Shown here: one piece after another, positions 1 through 9,738 of the stretch
Layout: every line of letters begins with the position of its first letter
Numbering within the stretch: position 1 is the stretch's first letter
From: Gemmatimonadota bacterium
GTDB lineage: Bacteria > Latescibacterota > UBA2968 > UBA8231
DNA length: 47,882 nucleotides
NCBI GenBank assembly: GCA_038153405.1
Contig: JAYOYH010000036.1
Span: 1-47,882, forward strand
Direction: 5' to 3'
Program-made: the position numbers and the translations under genes
Notes under the pieces: generated by a model
What the model was told of the DNA's origin: nothing
Databases searched by the model: none
The model's input: only the letters and a program-made list of their open reading frames with translations

Positions 1-2
1 TG

Positions 3-767
3 GCCGAGTTTTTTCATCGCCCGGAGCAAAAGCGCTACGGCACGTCGCTGCTGACGGGGCGCGGCTATGACTCCATCGTCATGGGCTTCCAGCCCTTTCT
101 CTGGGCCTGGGGCGGCGATTGGGGCGATGCACAGACCTTCAAGGTGCAGGGCCACCTCAATTCGCAAGGCGCCGTCGATGGGCTGAAATTTTTCAAGGAC
201 CTGCTGCAGTTTGCTACTGAGGGCGGCGAAAATGCCGACTATTTTTTTAACCTCGAGGCCTTTAGTAACGGCTCGACGGCCATGGTGCTGGACTACTTCC
301 CCTTCTATCCGGGCATCGTCGCCAGCATGGGAGAGCAGGTCGGCTTTTTCAAGGTGCCGCGCAACGGCGACCGACGCTTTGTCTCGCTGGGGGGACAGGG
401 TTTCAGCATTTCCAAGAAGACCACGCCGCCGCAGCAGGAGCTGGCCAAGCAGTTTATCGCCTGGTTTCAGCAGCGCGAAGTGCAGGAAAAGTGGATCACC
501 TATCCGGGCTGCTTTACCGCCAATACCGAGCTGCTGCAAAGCGAGGCGTTTCGCGCGGCGTCGCCCTACAATGCGACGTTTGCCGAGTCGCTTGACCACC
601 TGCGCGACTTCTGGAACGTGCCGGTCTACAACGAGCTGCTAGCGGCCGCTGTGCTGCATCTGGGCGAGGCGCTCGACGGCGTTAGCCCACCGCAGGATGC
701 CCTCGACGCGCTGGCCGAGGAGCACGAGATGATCCTTATGGAAGCCGGCCTGTTGGAGATGGAGTAG
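3..767 (+). CDS. Carbohydrate ABC transporter substrate-binding protein (5'-truncated by window edge)
   Basis: Frame is open from position 3 to TAG at 765-767. CUT1-type SBP C-terminal features (SLGGQGFSISK, ELAKQFIAWF, PQDALDALA). Directly upstream of two permeases. Confidence 0.88.
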   Translation, partial: AEFFHRPEQKRYGTSLLTGRGYDSIVMGFQPFLWAWGGDWGDAQTFKVQGHLNSQGAVDGLKFFKDLLQFATEGGENADYFFNLEAFSNGSTAMVLDYFPFYPGIVASMGEQVGFFKVPRNGDRRFVSLGGQGFSISKKTTPPQQELAKQFIAWFQQREVQEKWITYPGCFTANTELLQSEAFRAASPYNATFAESLDHLRDFWNVPVYNELLAAAVLHLGEALDGVSPPQDALDALAEEHEMILMEAGLLEME

Positions 768-776
768 GGGGCGCAC

Positions 777-1670
777 TTGGCGAGAGCAGGGGGAGGCTGG
801 ACGATACGCGGGCTGCAGTACGGGTTTGTCGCACCGGCCCTCGTGCTGCTTCTCGCCATGAATATTTTCCCGCTGCTGTACAGCATTGCCCTGAGCTTCA
901 GCAATGCCGATCTGGTGGGCAGCGAGTTCAGCTGGGTGGGCGTTCTCAACTATAAGATCGTCTTCAAATTGGCCAAATACGCCCAGGCCCTGCGCTCGAC
1001 GGCGCTCTTTGTCTTTCTCGCCGTTGCCATCGAATTGGTGCTGGGCTTTGCCCTGGCCTATGCACTGCGCGATCGCTTTCGCCTCAAACCACTGGTGCTG
1101 ACGGTGCTGCTGGTGCCCATGATGCTGCCGCAGGCGGTCATGGGGCTGTTTTGGAAGCTGATGCTCAACGGCAACTACGGTGCCCTAAACCAGCTGCTGG
1201 CTGCGCTGGGACTGCCGCAGCCGCAGTGGATAACCGACCCCGACCTGAAGTTTTTCTCCATTGTGATGGTCGATGTGTGGATGTGGACGCCCTTTATGAT
1301 GCTGATCTCGCTGGCGGCCCTGCAGGCTATACCCACCTATATATACGAGGCGGCCGCCATTGATCGCGCATCGCCGTGGCGCGTCTTCCGCCGCATAACG
1401 CTGCCGATGTGCGCACCGCTACTGGGCTTGGCCGTCCTGCTGCGCGCTACCGATGCGCTCAAGCAGTTCGACCTAATCATGGCCATTACCGGCCCCAACG
1501 ACCGCGCTACGCAGACGCTCAGCGCGCTGCTCTATCAGGTGGTTTTCCGCGATGGGAAAGTCGGCCTGGGCACGGCCTATTCCTACGTGATCCTCGTGTT
1601 GGTTATCGCGCTGGCCAGCGCTTTCTTGCGCTATATGGCGCGCCTACAGCAGCGGGAGAACGCGGCATGA
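777..1670 (+). CDS. Carbohydrate ABC transporter permease (MalF/UgpA-like)
   Basis: FVAPALVLL...FPLLYSI, multiple TM segments, EAA loop (YEAAAIDRASPWRVFRRITLP). Confidence 0.92.
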   Translation: MARAGGGWTIRGLQYGFVAPALVLLLAMNIFPLLYSIALSFSNADLVGSEFSWVGVLNYKIVFKLAKYAQALRSTALFVFLAVAIELVLGFALAYALRDRFRLKPLVLTVLLVPMMLPQAVMGLFWKLMLNGNYGALNQLLAALGLPQPQWITDPDLKFFSIVMVDVWMWTPFMMLISLAALQAIPTYIYEAAAIDRASPWRVFRRITLPMCAPLLGLAVLLRATDALKQFDLIMAITGPNDRATQTLSALLYQVVFRDGKVGLGTAYSYVILVLVIALASAFLRYMARLQQRENAA

Positions 1671-2527
1671 AGTGGCTACGAGTAGTGTTTGTCGGGCTGT
1701 ATATGGCGGTGGGCACGCTGCCGCTCCTGTGGCTGGGGCTGACCTCGTTAAAAGAGCGCGCCGATACGATCAGCGTGCACCCCAAATGGCTGCCGGCCCT
1801 CAGTCAGCACGGGCCGGAGGACCCGCGGTTTAGCGCTTCGCTTGAGGCCTACCGCCGCTTAGGTGAGGTCTATGCCGGGGCCGATCACACCTTCTATCAC
1901 TATCTGCGCAACAGCATGGCCATCGGTTTGCTAAGCACGCTGGCCTCGGTGCTCATCGGCACCAGCGCGGCGTATGGATTTAGCCGGTTTGCCATTCCCG
2001 GGTCAAAGGATTGGCTGTTTTTTATTCTCTCAACTCGTTTCTTGCCGCCGCTGGCCGTGGTGGTGCCGGTGTTGATGATGTACCGCCAATTTGACCTGCA
2101 AAATACCCACCTAGGCCTAGTGCTGCTCTATACCGTATTTAACCTATCGCTCGCCGTATGGCTGATGAAGGGATTCATTGACGAAATTCCGCGCGCCTAC
2201 GAGGAAGCCGCGCTGGTCGATGGCTATTCGCGCTGGCAGGCCTTCCGCCTGATCATCGTGCCACGCGCGGCTCCAGGGATGGCGGTAACGGCTGTGTTCT
2301 GCCTGATTTCGGCGTGGAACGAGTACGGATTTGCCATGACGCTAAACAACCAAGTTGCCGTCACCGTTCCGGTGTACTTTGCCGGCCTGCAGGGCAACGT
2401 GCAGGGGATTCCCTGGCCGCAGGTGTGTGCTGGGGTGCTGCTCTTTGTCGTCCCCATCGTCCTCTTTACCGTCCTCGTGCGCAAACACCTGCTGCGCGGC
2501 GTGACGTTTGGAACGCTCAAGCAATGA
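1667..2527 (+). CDS. Carbohydrate ABC transporter permease (MalG/UgpE-like)
   Basis: True start is ATG 1667 (ATGA overlap with the previous stop), giving MKWLRVVF. EAA loop YEEAALVDGYSRWQAF and the AWNEY motif. Confidence 0.92.
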   Translation: MKWLRVVFVGLYMAVGTLPLLWLGLTSLKERADTISVHPKWLPALSQHGPEDPRFSASLEAYRRLGEVYAGADHTFYHYLRNSMAIGLLSTLASVLIGTSAAYGFSRFAIPGSKDWLFFILSTRFLPPLAVVVPVLMMYRQFDLQNTHLGLVLLYTVFNLSLAVWLMKGFIDEIPRAYEEAALVDGYSRWQAFRLIIVPRAAPGMAVTAVFCLISAWNEYGFAMTLNNQVAVTVPVYFAGLQGNVQGIPWPQVCAGVLLFVVPIVLFTVLVRKHLLRGVTFGTLKQ

Positions 2528-2688
2528 AGCGCCTAGTGGATCGAGTGGTCCAACTGGGCATGGTCGCCGGCGTGGGGCTGATGCTCAATCCGTGGTGGGG
2601 CGAGGGGCTGCGCTACGGATTTTTCGCCACGGCGCTGTGCACCGTCGGCCATATTATCACCTCGCACATGAACCTGGACGACACGTGA
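2524..2688 (+). CDS. Small (54 aa) two-TM membrane protein inside the ABC operon
   Basis: ATG 2524 overlaps the permease stop (ATGA) and its TGA overlaps the next GTG (GTGA). Sequence MKRLVDRVVQLGMVAGVGLMLNPWWGEGLRYGFFATALCTVGHIITSHMNLDDT has two hydrophobic segments. Confidence 0.7.
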   Translation: MKRLVDRVVQLGMVAGVGLMLNPWWGEGLRYGFFATALCTVGHIITSHMNLDDT

Positions 2689-3734
2689 GCTTTCTGCAGT
2701 TGGATGGGCTGGCCAAGACCTATGCCGATGGAACCCAGGCGGTCAAGGGAATTGACCTGGTCTGTGAGGAGGGTGAATTCGCCGTGCTGCTCGGCCCGTC
2801 GGGCTGCGGCAAAACGACGACGCTGCGCATGGTGGCCGGTCTCGAAGTGCCCAGTGCTGGGCGCATCGTGCTCGGGGGGGTCGATATAGGGCCGTGGCCG
2901 CCCCGGCGTCGCGACGTTGGCTTTGTGTTCCAATTCTACGCCCTCTATCCCCATTTTACCGTGCGAGAAAATCTGGCCTTTCCACTGGAAAATATGGCCG
3001 TGGCCGCCCCCGAGTGTCGGCGTAGGATAGAGGAGATAGCCGCGCGCCTGCGCGTGGGCGACCTGCTCGAGCGCTATCCGCGGGAGCTGTCGGGCGGCGA
3101 CCAGCAGCGCGTTGCGCTGGCGCGCGCCATGGTGCGCCGGCCGCAGCTCTATCTGATGGATGAACCGCTGGGCACGCTGGATGCCGATTTGCGCCTAGTC
3201 ATGCGCGAGCTTATCCGCGAGCAGCAGCTGAACGACGGTGCGACCACGCTCTACGTCACCCACGATCAGGAAGAGGCGATGAGCTTGGCCGATCGCATCG
3301 TGGTCATGGAGGCAGGAACGATTCGCCAGCACGGTACTGCTGCCGAAGTCTATGCGCGGCCGGCCAGCCTTTTCGTCGCCCACTTTATCGGCAGCCCAGG
3401 GATGAATTTTGCCGAGGGCCAAGTGCGCGACGGCGCCTTTCACGCCGGCGATTTTGTCTGGCCCCTGTCGGTCCAGTGCCCGACCGGCCCGGTGACGCTG
3501 GGCATTCGTCCGGAATTTGTGCGCATGGCCGATGGGGGAGCGCTGCGCGGAGAAGTCGTGCTCGACGAATACATGGGGGCATGCCGCTACGTACACGTGC
3601 AGACGCCCTGCGGGCGCTGGGTGCTGCGCACCGATGCCGGCCAGCGCGCCGTGCTCGGGCAGGTCGCTGCGCTCCAACTCGATCCCGAACAAGTCCGCTT
3701 ATTTGATGGGCAGAGCGGGGAGCGCATCGGGTGA
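2685..3734 (+). CDS. ABC transporter ATP-binding protein (MalK-like)
   Basis: GTG start at 2685. Walker A GPSGCGKT, signature LSGGDQQR, Walker B YLMDEP, H-loop YVTHD, C-terminal TOBE-like region. Confidence 0.93.
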   Translation: MSFLQLDGLAKTYADGTQAVKGIDLVCEEGEFAVLLGPSGCGKTTTLRMVAGLEVPSAGRIVLGGVDIGPWPPRRRDVGFVFQFYALYPHFTVRENLAFPLENMAVAAPECRRRIEEIAARLRVGDLLERYPRELSGGDQQRVALARAMVRRPQLYLMDEPLGTLDADLRLVMRELIREQQLNDGATTLYVTHDQEEAMSLADRIVVMEAGTIRQHGTAAEVYARPASLFVAHFIGSPGMNFAEGQVRDGAFHAGDFVWPLSVQCPTGPVTLGIRPEFVRMADGGALRGEVVLDEYMGACRYVHVQTPCGRWVLRTDAGQRAVLGQVAALQLDPEQVRLFDGQSGERIG

Positions 3735-4771
3735 AGACCTTTCTGCAGCTGCGCGGGATAGACAAAACATTGGGCCGCGTGCGCGCCCTGCGCGGAGTCG
3801 ATTTGGAGCTGGGCGACGACGAATTGCTCGTCGTGCTCGGACCGACGGGCGCCGGCAAGACGACGCTGCTGCGGGTTATGGCCGGTCTTGAGCGCGCCGA
3901 TGCGGGCAGCGTGCACATGGCCGGTGAGGACGTGGGGCAATGGGAACCGGCCCAGCGCGACGTGGCCTTTGCCTTTCAGAATTTTGCCCTCTACCCGGAC
4001 TGGAGCGTGCGCCGCAACCTAGCGTTTCCCCTGCGCGCGCCGGGCCGGCAGCTAGCGGAGAGCGAAATCAAGCGGCGCGTCGACTGGGTGGCCGAGCTGC
4101 TGCGTATTGAGCGGCTGTTGGACCGGCCATCTGTCCAGCTGTCGGGTGGGGAGATGCAGCGGGTGGCCATTGGGCGCTGTATCGTGCGGCGTCCGCGGCT
4201 GTTTTTGCTCGACGAACCGCTGACGAATCTCGATGCCAAGCTGCGCGAGGAACTGCGCGTCGAACTGGCGCTGCTGCGCCGTGCGCTGGGCATTCCGATG
4301 GTCTACGTAACGCACGACGGAGCCGAGGCGCTGTCCATGGCCGATCGCATTGCCGTGCTATCGGAAGGGTGCGTGCTGCAGGTAGGCGCACCGGAGATCA
4401 TTTATCGCCAACCCAATTCGCCGCTGGTGGCGCGCCAGCTCGGTCAGCCGGCGATCAACCTCTTTCGAGCGCGCAGCCAGGGAGGGCATTGGGTCGTCGG
4501 CCGCGAAGGCGCGCTGGCGCCGACGGCCGTTGGCCAAGGCGCCGAATGCACACTCGGCGTGCGGCCGGAAGACATCGAGCCGGACGGTGGCCCGAGCGCG
4601 GCGCGCGTGCGCGTGGTCGAAGACGCCGGTCCGACGTGGATTTTGCTGGTAGACTGGCTGGGAGTTAGCGTGCATATTATCGCCGATAAGACTCGGCGCT
4701 ACGACCCCGGCCAGCAGATTTGGCCGCGGGTGGCGGCAGAGCGAGTCGTTTCGTGGGAAGCCAGCGCATAA
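3731..4771 (+). CDS. ABC transporter ATP-binding protein (second MalK-like subunit)
   Basis: Walker A GPTGAGKT, LSGGEMQR, LLDEP, YVTHD. GTGA overlap with the previous gene. Confidence 0.93.
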   Translation: MKTFLQLRGIDKTLGRVRALRGVDLELGDDELLVVLGPTGAGKTTLLRVMAGLERADAGSVHMAGEDVGQWEPAQRDVAFAFQNFALYPDWSVRRNLAFPLRAPGRQLAESEIKRRVDWVAELLRIERLLDRPSVQLSGGEMQRVAIGRCIVRRPRLFLLDEPLTNLDAKLREELRVELALLRRALGIPMVYVTHDGAEALSMADRIAVLSEGCVLQVGAPEIIYRQPNSPLVARQLGQPAINLFRARSQGGHWVVGREGALAPTAVGQGAECTLGVRPEDIEPDGGPSAARVRVVEDAGPTWILLVDWLGVSVHIIADKTRRYDPGQQIWPRVAAERVVSWEASA

Positions 4772-4833
4772 AACGCGCTATCTGCGCTCAAATCCCAGTG
4801 TAATTGTTTGCGTTTATAGGGAGAAAAACGCCC

Positions 4834-5568
4834 GTGCGCATTGGCCATATCTCGGATTTTCACCTGCGCTATAATCTGCCGGGCACGTCGGCCGTTGCTG
4901 CGCGCCGCAGCCGCGAAATGCCGGAAAAAATCGCGCGCGCGGTCGACGTGCTGCGCGCCGAGGGCGTCGACTGGGTGGCGGTGACGGGCGATTTGGTAGA
5001 CCATCCCTTTGAGCAGATGCACAGTCCGGACAATCTGCAATTGGGCGAGGCCGACCTGCGGCTAGTCCACGACCTGCTACAGCCGCTGGCTTGCCCGGTA
5101 TTCGCCCTCTACGGCAACCACGACCACCCACTGCTGTTTCGCCGGGTATTTGGAGTCGAAGAAGAGGGCGTCGATGTGGGCGACTACCGCGTCTACTGCT
5201 TTTACGACGAAGAGGGTGCCGACCACGTGCCCGTGCGCATTGGCGCGGAGTTAGAGCGCTTTCACGCCGCTCTTGAAGACGGGTATGCGCATCGGCAGAT
5301 TCATCTACAGCACTATTTGATCCATCCGCAGAAAGATGAAGGATATCCGCATACCTACGGCACGTCCGCCTGGCTCAAATCGGCTCTAGAGGCCAGCGAA
5401 AAGGTGCACCTATCGCTGTCGGGACACTACCACCCCGGCGTGTCGGTGCTGACCGAAGGGCGGCTGCACTACGCCGTCGCACCGGCTTTTTGCGAGGCGC
5501 CGCACCGCTTTGCCATCTATGAACTCGACGGCCAGCAGGTGCGCGCACACCCGCTGCAGATCGACTGA
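4834..5568 (+). CDS. Calcineurin-like metallophosphoesterase (CpdA/Icc-like)
   Basis: Motifs SDFH, TGDLVD, GNHD, SGHYH. GTG 4834 follows a GGGAG RBS. Confidence 0.85.
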   Translation: MRIGHISDFHLRYNLPGTSAVAARRSREMPEKIARAVDVLRAEGVDWVAVTGDLVDHPFEQMHSPDNLQLGEADLRLVHDLLQPLACPVFALYGNHDHPLLFRRVFGVEEEGVDVGDYRVYCFYDEEGADHVPVRIGAELERFHAALEDGYAHRQIHLQHYLIHPQKDEGYPHTYGTSAWLKSALEASEKVHLSLSGHYHPGVSVLTEGRLHYAVAPAFCEAPHRFAIYELDGQQVRAHPLQID

Positions 5569-5578
5569 GGGATACGCG

Positions 5579-6829
5579 GTGGAACGAGTAGACGTGCTTG
5601 TGCTGGGCGGGGGGGTTGCTGGAGTGTGCACCGCCCGCGAGGTGCTGCGCCGAGGGCGACAGGTCGCCATTCTCGACAGGGGGCGCATTTGCTCGGGCAG
5701 TTCCTACGGCAACGCCGGCCTCATCGTGCCCAGCCATAGTGTGCCGATTGCCGAACCGGGGGTCATGGCCAAGGGGCTAAAATGGCTGTTCAATCCAGAG
5801 AGTCCCTTCTATATAAAGCCGCGCTTTGACCGCCAGCTGCTGTCGTGGCTATGGCATTTTCGCCGCGCCTGCACGCACGAGCGCGTGCGGCGCGCCATGC
5901 CGCTGATGCGCGATTTGCACTTGGAGAGCCTGCGCCTCTTTGGCGCGCTGGCCGAAGAGGTCGATTTTGAATTTGGCGCGCGCGGTCGCCTGCTGGTGTG
6001 TCGGGAAGAGCGGGGGTTGCAAGCGGTGGCACGCGAGGCCGATCTCATGCGCGGCCTGGGTCTGGAAGTGCGTATGTTAACGGGGGCTGAGCTGGCCGAG
6101 AAGGTGGGAGACGCTGTCCACTTCTCCAGCGTGGGCGCGGCCTACTACCCACAGGATGCCCACGTTCAGCCGCAGCATTTTGTGCGCCAGCTAGCCGCCC
6201 ACTGCGCCGAGTTGGGCGCGCGGGTAGTAGAGGAATGCGAAGTGCTGGCCATCGAAGGCGCCGACGGGCGCGTGTCCTGCGTGCGCACTACGCGCGGCGA
6301 TTGGGGCGCCGAGCAGATTGTGCTGGCGGGCGGGGCGTGGTCGCCGCAGCTGCTGGGCGGGTTGTCTATGCATTTACCGGTGCAGCCGGCCAAGGGCTAT
6401 AGTATTATGGTCGAGCGGCCCGAGCGCTGTCCCAACATTCCCTTTATGTTGACCGAAGCAAAAATCGCGGTGACCCCTTTGCAGGACGAGGTGCGCTTTG
6501 CCGGCACGCTGGAGTTGGCCGGCCTCGACCTGTCGATCAACCCGCGCCGCATCGACGCCATGCGCCGCGCGGTCGCCGCCTATGTTCCTGCCTGGACGTC
6601 CGAGGCGCTGCGCGTGCGCGAGATATGGCGCGGTTTGCGGCCCTGCAGTCCCGATGGACTGCCCTTTCTGGGGCGCTCTGCGCAGTGGGCCAATCTGGTG
6701 GTGGCGACCGGGCACGGCATGTGCGGGCTATCGCTGGGGCCGGTCACCGGGCAGATCACCGGCCAGCTGGTCTGCGGAGAAGAGCCCCGCTTTGACCTCG
6801 CGCTATGCCGGGTCGAGCGCTTTGCCTGA
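5579..6829 (+). CDS. FAD-dependent D-amino acid dehydrogenase family protein (DadA-like)
   Basis: GGGVAG FAD motif, SYGNAG, PAKGYS, WRGLRPCSPDGLP, ATGHGMCG. GTG start at 5579. Confidence 0.85.
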   Translation: MERVDVLVLGGGVAGVCTAREVLRRGRQVAILDRGRICSGSSYGNAGLIVPSHSVPIAEPGVMAKGLKWLFNPESPFYIKPRFDRQLLSWLWHFRRACTHERVRRAMPLMRDLHLESLRLFGALAEEVDFEFGARGRLLVCREERGLQAVAREADLMRGLGLEVRMLTGAELAEKVGDAVHFSSVGAAYYPQDAHVQPQHFVRQLAAHCAELGARVVEECEVLAIEGADGRVSCVRTTRGDWGAEQIVLAGGAWSPQLLGGLSMHLPVQPAKGYSIMVERPERCPNIPFMLTEAKIAVTPLQDEVRFAGTLELAGLDLSINPRRIDAMRRAVAAYVPAWTSEALRVREIWRGLRPCSPDGLPFLGRSAQWANLVVATGHGMCGLSLGPVTGQITGQLVCGEEPRFDLALCRVERFA

Positions 6830-6943
6830 TCCGATGTGGCGGGGGCGGATCGCTCAGTTGTGCGGCATCAGCAAATTGCTCATATTGAGTCCATCTTCAA
6901 TTATAACTGCAACTTAGATTAGTATAGCAGACGGAAGGGCCGC

Positions 6944-7186
6944 ATGGATCACCGCGCTTTTCTCCGCATTGTCAGCGAGCCGCGCCGCGTGCGCTGGATT
7001 TGGTTTGTCTACTTAGTGCTCTATGCCATTGCCATTCCCTGGTACTGGCCGGATGGATATATCGGGCCCATCGTACTGGGCTTTCCCCTCTGGGTCGCCA
7101 CGACCCTGCTGGGCATCGTCGCGCTGGCGCTGTGGACGGCGTTTGTGATCCATCGCTTCTGGCGCACCGATGAGGAGGCATCCTGA
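6944..7186 (+). CDS. Small two-TM membrane protein, probable accessory subunit of the downstream solute:sodium symporter
   Basis: 80 aa, two hydrophobic helices around IPWYWP...GFPLW. Stop overlaps the symporter start (TGATG). Confidence 0.75.
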   Translation: MDHRAFLRIVSEPRRVRWIWFVYLVLYAIAIPWYWPDGYIGPIVLGFPLWVATTLLGIVALALWTAFVIHRFWRTDEEAS

Positions 7187-8649
7187 TGGGAAGCGGCGAT
7201 ATTGTCTTTGGCCCAGGTGCGCTGACAGCCGTCGGGCTCTATCTGCTCTCGATGATCGGCGTCGGCTATTACGCGCGCACCAAGCGCCAAGCCAACAGCA
7301 TGGCCGATTTCTATTTGGCCGGTCGTTCATTGGGTCTGCTCGTGCTCTTTCTGACCCTATACGCGACGCAGTATAGCGGCAACACGCTCTTTGGCTATAC
7401 GGGCAAGACCTACCGAATCGGCTTTGAGTGGACGGTGTCGATTCTCTTTATGTTCTCGATTATCGTCGGCTATATGCTGTTTGCCCCGCGCCTGGTCCTG
7501 CTGGCGCGCGCCGAGGGGTTTATCACGCCGGGTGACTACATTTCCTACCGCTTCAAATCCAAAGCGCTGACGCTGCTGAGCACGGTAATGATGATCTACG
7601 CGCTGTGCAATTATACGCTGGCCCAGCTCAAGGCCATGGGGGCGGCTGTCGAGGGCATTACGCACGGTGCCGTGCCCTCGGCCTATGGCATCGTCGCCCT
7701 CGCCATTATCATGGTTATTTACGAGACGCTGGGCGGTATGCGCTCGGTGGCTTGGACCGACGTCATACAGGGCATTGTGCTGCTGATTGGCTTTGCTCTG
7801 CTGGTCTTTATCGTGCCAACGCAGTTGGGCGGTGGGTTGGACACCGTCGTCGAGCGGCTGCGCCAGATCGATCCGAGCAAAGTACAGGTGCCCGATTGGA
7901 AGGGAACCAATACGTGGATTAGCTACGTATTTCTACTTGGCTGCGGCGCGGCGATCTACCCACAGGCCATACAGCGCCTCTACGCCAGTCGCTCGCTGCA
8001 GGTGCTCAAGCGCTCGCTGATGTTGATGGCCTTTATGCCGCTGACGACGACGTTGATCGCCCTGGTGTGCGGACTGACGGCCATCGTCGTGCTGCCCGGA
8101 CTGGAAAGCGTCGAAACGGACCAAGTGCTGGCGCGGGTGCTGGCGCTGGTCATGGCCCAATCGGATCTGGGCTATTGGCTAGTCGTCGTCGTATTTGCCG
8201 CAGCGCTGGCGGCGCTGATGTCAACGGCGGACTCGGCGTTGCTATCCATTTCGTCGATGTTCACCCGCGATATTTACCTACCGCACATCAGGCCGGATAG
8301 CAGCGAAGAGCATTTGACGTGGGTTGGCAAGGCATTCTCGTGGATTGCCGTCGCGATACTCGTCGGGGTGGCGATCGGCACGGAAAAGACGCTGGTGCGC
8401 TTGTTGGAGCTCAAATTCGAGGTGTTGATACAGGTCGTGCCGTGTTTCTTTTTTGGCCTGTATTGGAAGCGGCTGTCGGGGCGCGTAGCGCTGCTGGGTA
8501 TGCTGGCCGGATTGGTCGTGGCGCTGCTGCTGACGTGGAGTGGCAACCGCCTGCCGTGGGGCTTTCACGCCGGCGTGCTGGGCCTGTTTGTCAACGCGGG
8601 GGTGTGCGCTGTCGGCACCTGGCTCGTCCCGGCAGAAAAAAGCGAATAG
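7186..8649 (+). CDS. Sodium:solute symporter (SSS family, PanF/PutP-like)
   Basis: DFYLAGRSLG, ATQYSG, GGMRSVAWTDVIQG, AALMSTADSALL; many TM segments. Confidence 0.93.
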   Translation: MGSGDIVFGPGALTAVGLYLLSMIGVGYYARTKRQANSMADFYLAGRSLGLLVLFLTLYATQYSGNTLFGYTGKTYRIGFEWTVSILFMFSIIVGYMLFAPRLVLLARAEGFITPGDYISYRFKSKALTLLSTVMMIYALCNYTLAQLKAMGAAVEGITHGAVPSAYGIVALAIIMVIYETLGGMRSVAWTDVIQGIVLLIGFALLVFIVPTQLGGGLDTVVERLRQIDPSKVQVPDWKGTNTWISYVFLLGCGAAIYPQAIQRLYASRSLQVLKRSLMLMAFMPLTTTLIALVCGLTAIVVLPGLESVETDQVLARVLALVMAQSDLGYWLVVVVFAAALAALMSTADSALLSISSMFTRDIYLPHIRPDSSEEHLTWVGKAFSWIAVAILVGVAIGTEKTLVRLLELKFEVLIQVVPCFFFGLYWKRLSGRVALLGMLAGLVVALLLTWSGNRLPWGFHAGVLGLFVNAGVCAVGTWLVPAEKSE

Positions 8650-8661
8650 AAAGGATAGGCG

Positions 8662-9726
8662 ATGCGTCAAGCATCAAAGCAGTTTTTGCAGGATCTGCTC
8701 GCTGCACCGGGCCCCTCCGGGTACGAAGGGCCGGTGCGCAGCGCGTGGGTAGACGAAGTGCGAACCTATGCCGACGCGGTTGAAGTCGACGTGCACGGCA
8801 ATGCCATTGCCTCGTTCAATGCGCAGGGGGCGCCGCGCGTCATGCTGGCCGGGCATATGGACGAGCTGGGCTTTCAAATCATATACATCGACGAAAAGGG
8901 ATACCTCTACTTCGATACCATCGGCGGATTCGACTTGGGTATGGTGCCGGGCCGCAAGGTGCGCATCCACACGCGCAACGGGCCGATCCTGGGCGTATTG
9001 GGCAAGAAGCCCATCCACCTAATGCGCGGTGATGAACGCAACAAGGTGCCGGCCAAGCACGAGCTGTGGATCGATATCGGTGCGGAGAGCGGCGACGAGG
9101 CCAAGGAGGTGGTCGACATTGGTGACCCCGTCACCTATGACTCCAATTTCGAGGTGCTGCGCGGCGACCTGATCGTATCGCGCGCCACCGATAACAAGGC
9201 TGGGGCCTGGGTCGTGGCCGAGGCCATGCGCCGAGTCGCCAAGGCGAAGAAGGCGTGTCAGGCCGCGCTCTTTTCGGTGGCTACCGTGCAGGAAGAAGTC
9301 GGGTTGCGCGGCGCCAAGACGAGTGCCTACGGCGTCGATCCGATGGTCGGCATCGCCGTCGATGTAACCTGGGCCATGGACCATCCCGGCGTCGATAAGC
9401 GCCAGGTCGGCGAATGCCTGCTGGGCGGTGGGCCGGTGATAAACCGCGGAGCCAATATCAATCCCATTGTTTTTGACCGACTGGTATCGGTGGCCAAGAA
9501 AAGAAAAATCCCCCATCAAATTATGGCTGAGCCGGGCGGCACGGGAACCGATGCCAATGCGATTCAGCTGAGCCGCGCTGGCGTGGCGGCCGGCCTGGTC
9601 AGCTTGCCCCAGCGCTATATGCACACGCCCGTCGAAGTCGTGTCGCTCAAGGATTTGGACAACGCGGCCAAACTGCTGGCGGAGTTTGTACTCGCTTTAG
9701 AGGCCAGCACCTCCTTTATCCCCTAA
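8662..9726 (+). CDS. M42 family metallopeptidase (TET/FrvX-like aminopeptidase)
   Basis: GPSGYE, AGHMDE, DNKAG, VQEEVGLRGA, AVDVT, GTDA, RYMHTPVE. Confidence 0.92.
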   Translation: MRQASKQFLQDLLAAPGPSGYEGPVRSAWVDEVRTYADAVEVDVHGNAIASFNAQGAPRVMLAGHMDELGFQIIYIDEKGYLYFDTIGGFDLGMVPGRKVRIHTRNGPILGVLGKKPIHLMRGDERNKVPAKHELWIDIGAESGDEAKEVVDIGDPVTYDSNFEVLRGDLIVSRATDNKAGAWVVAEAMRRVAKAKKACQAALFSVATVQEEVGLRGAKTSAYGVDPMVGIAVDVTWAMDHPGVDKRQVGECLLGGGPVINRGANINPIVFDRLVSVAKKRKIPHQIMAEPGGTGTDANAIQLSRAGVAAGLVSLPQRYMHTPVEVVSLKDLDNAAKLLAEFVLALEASTSFIP

Positions 9727-9738
9727 GAGAGACCTGCG

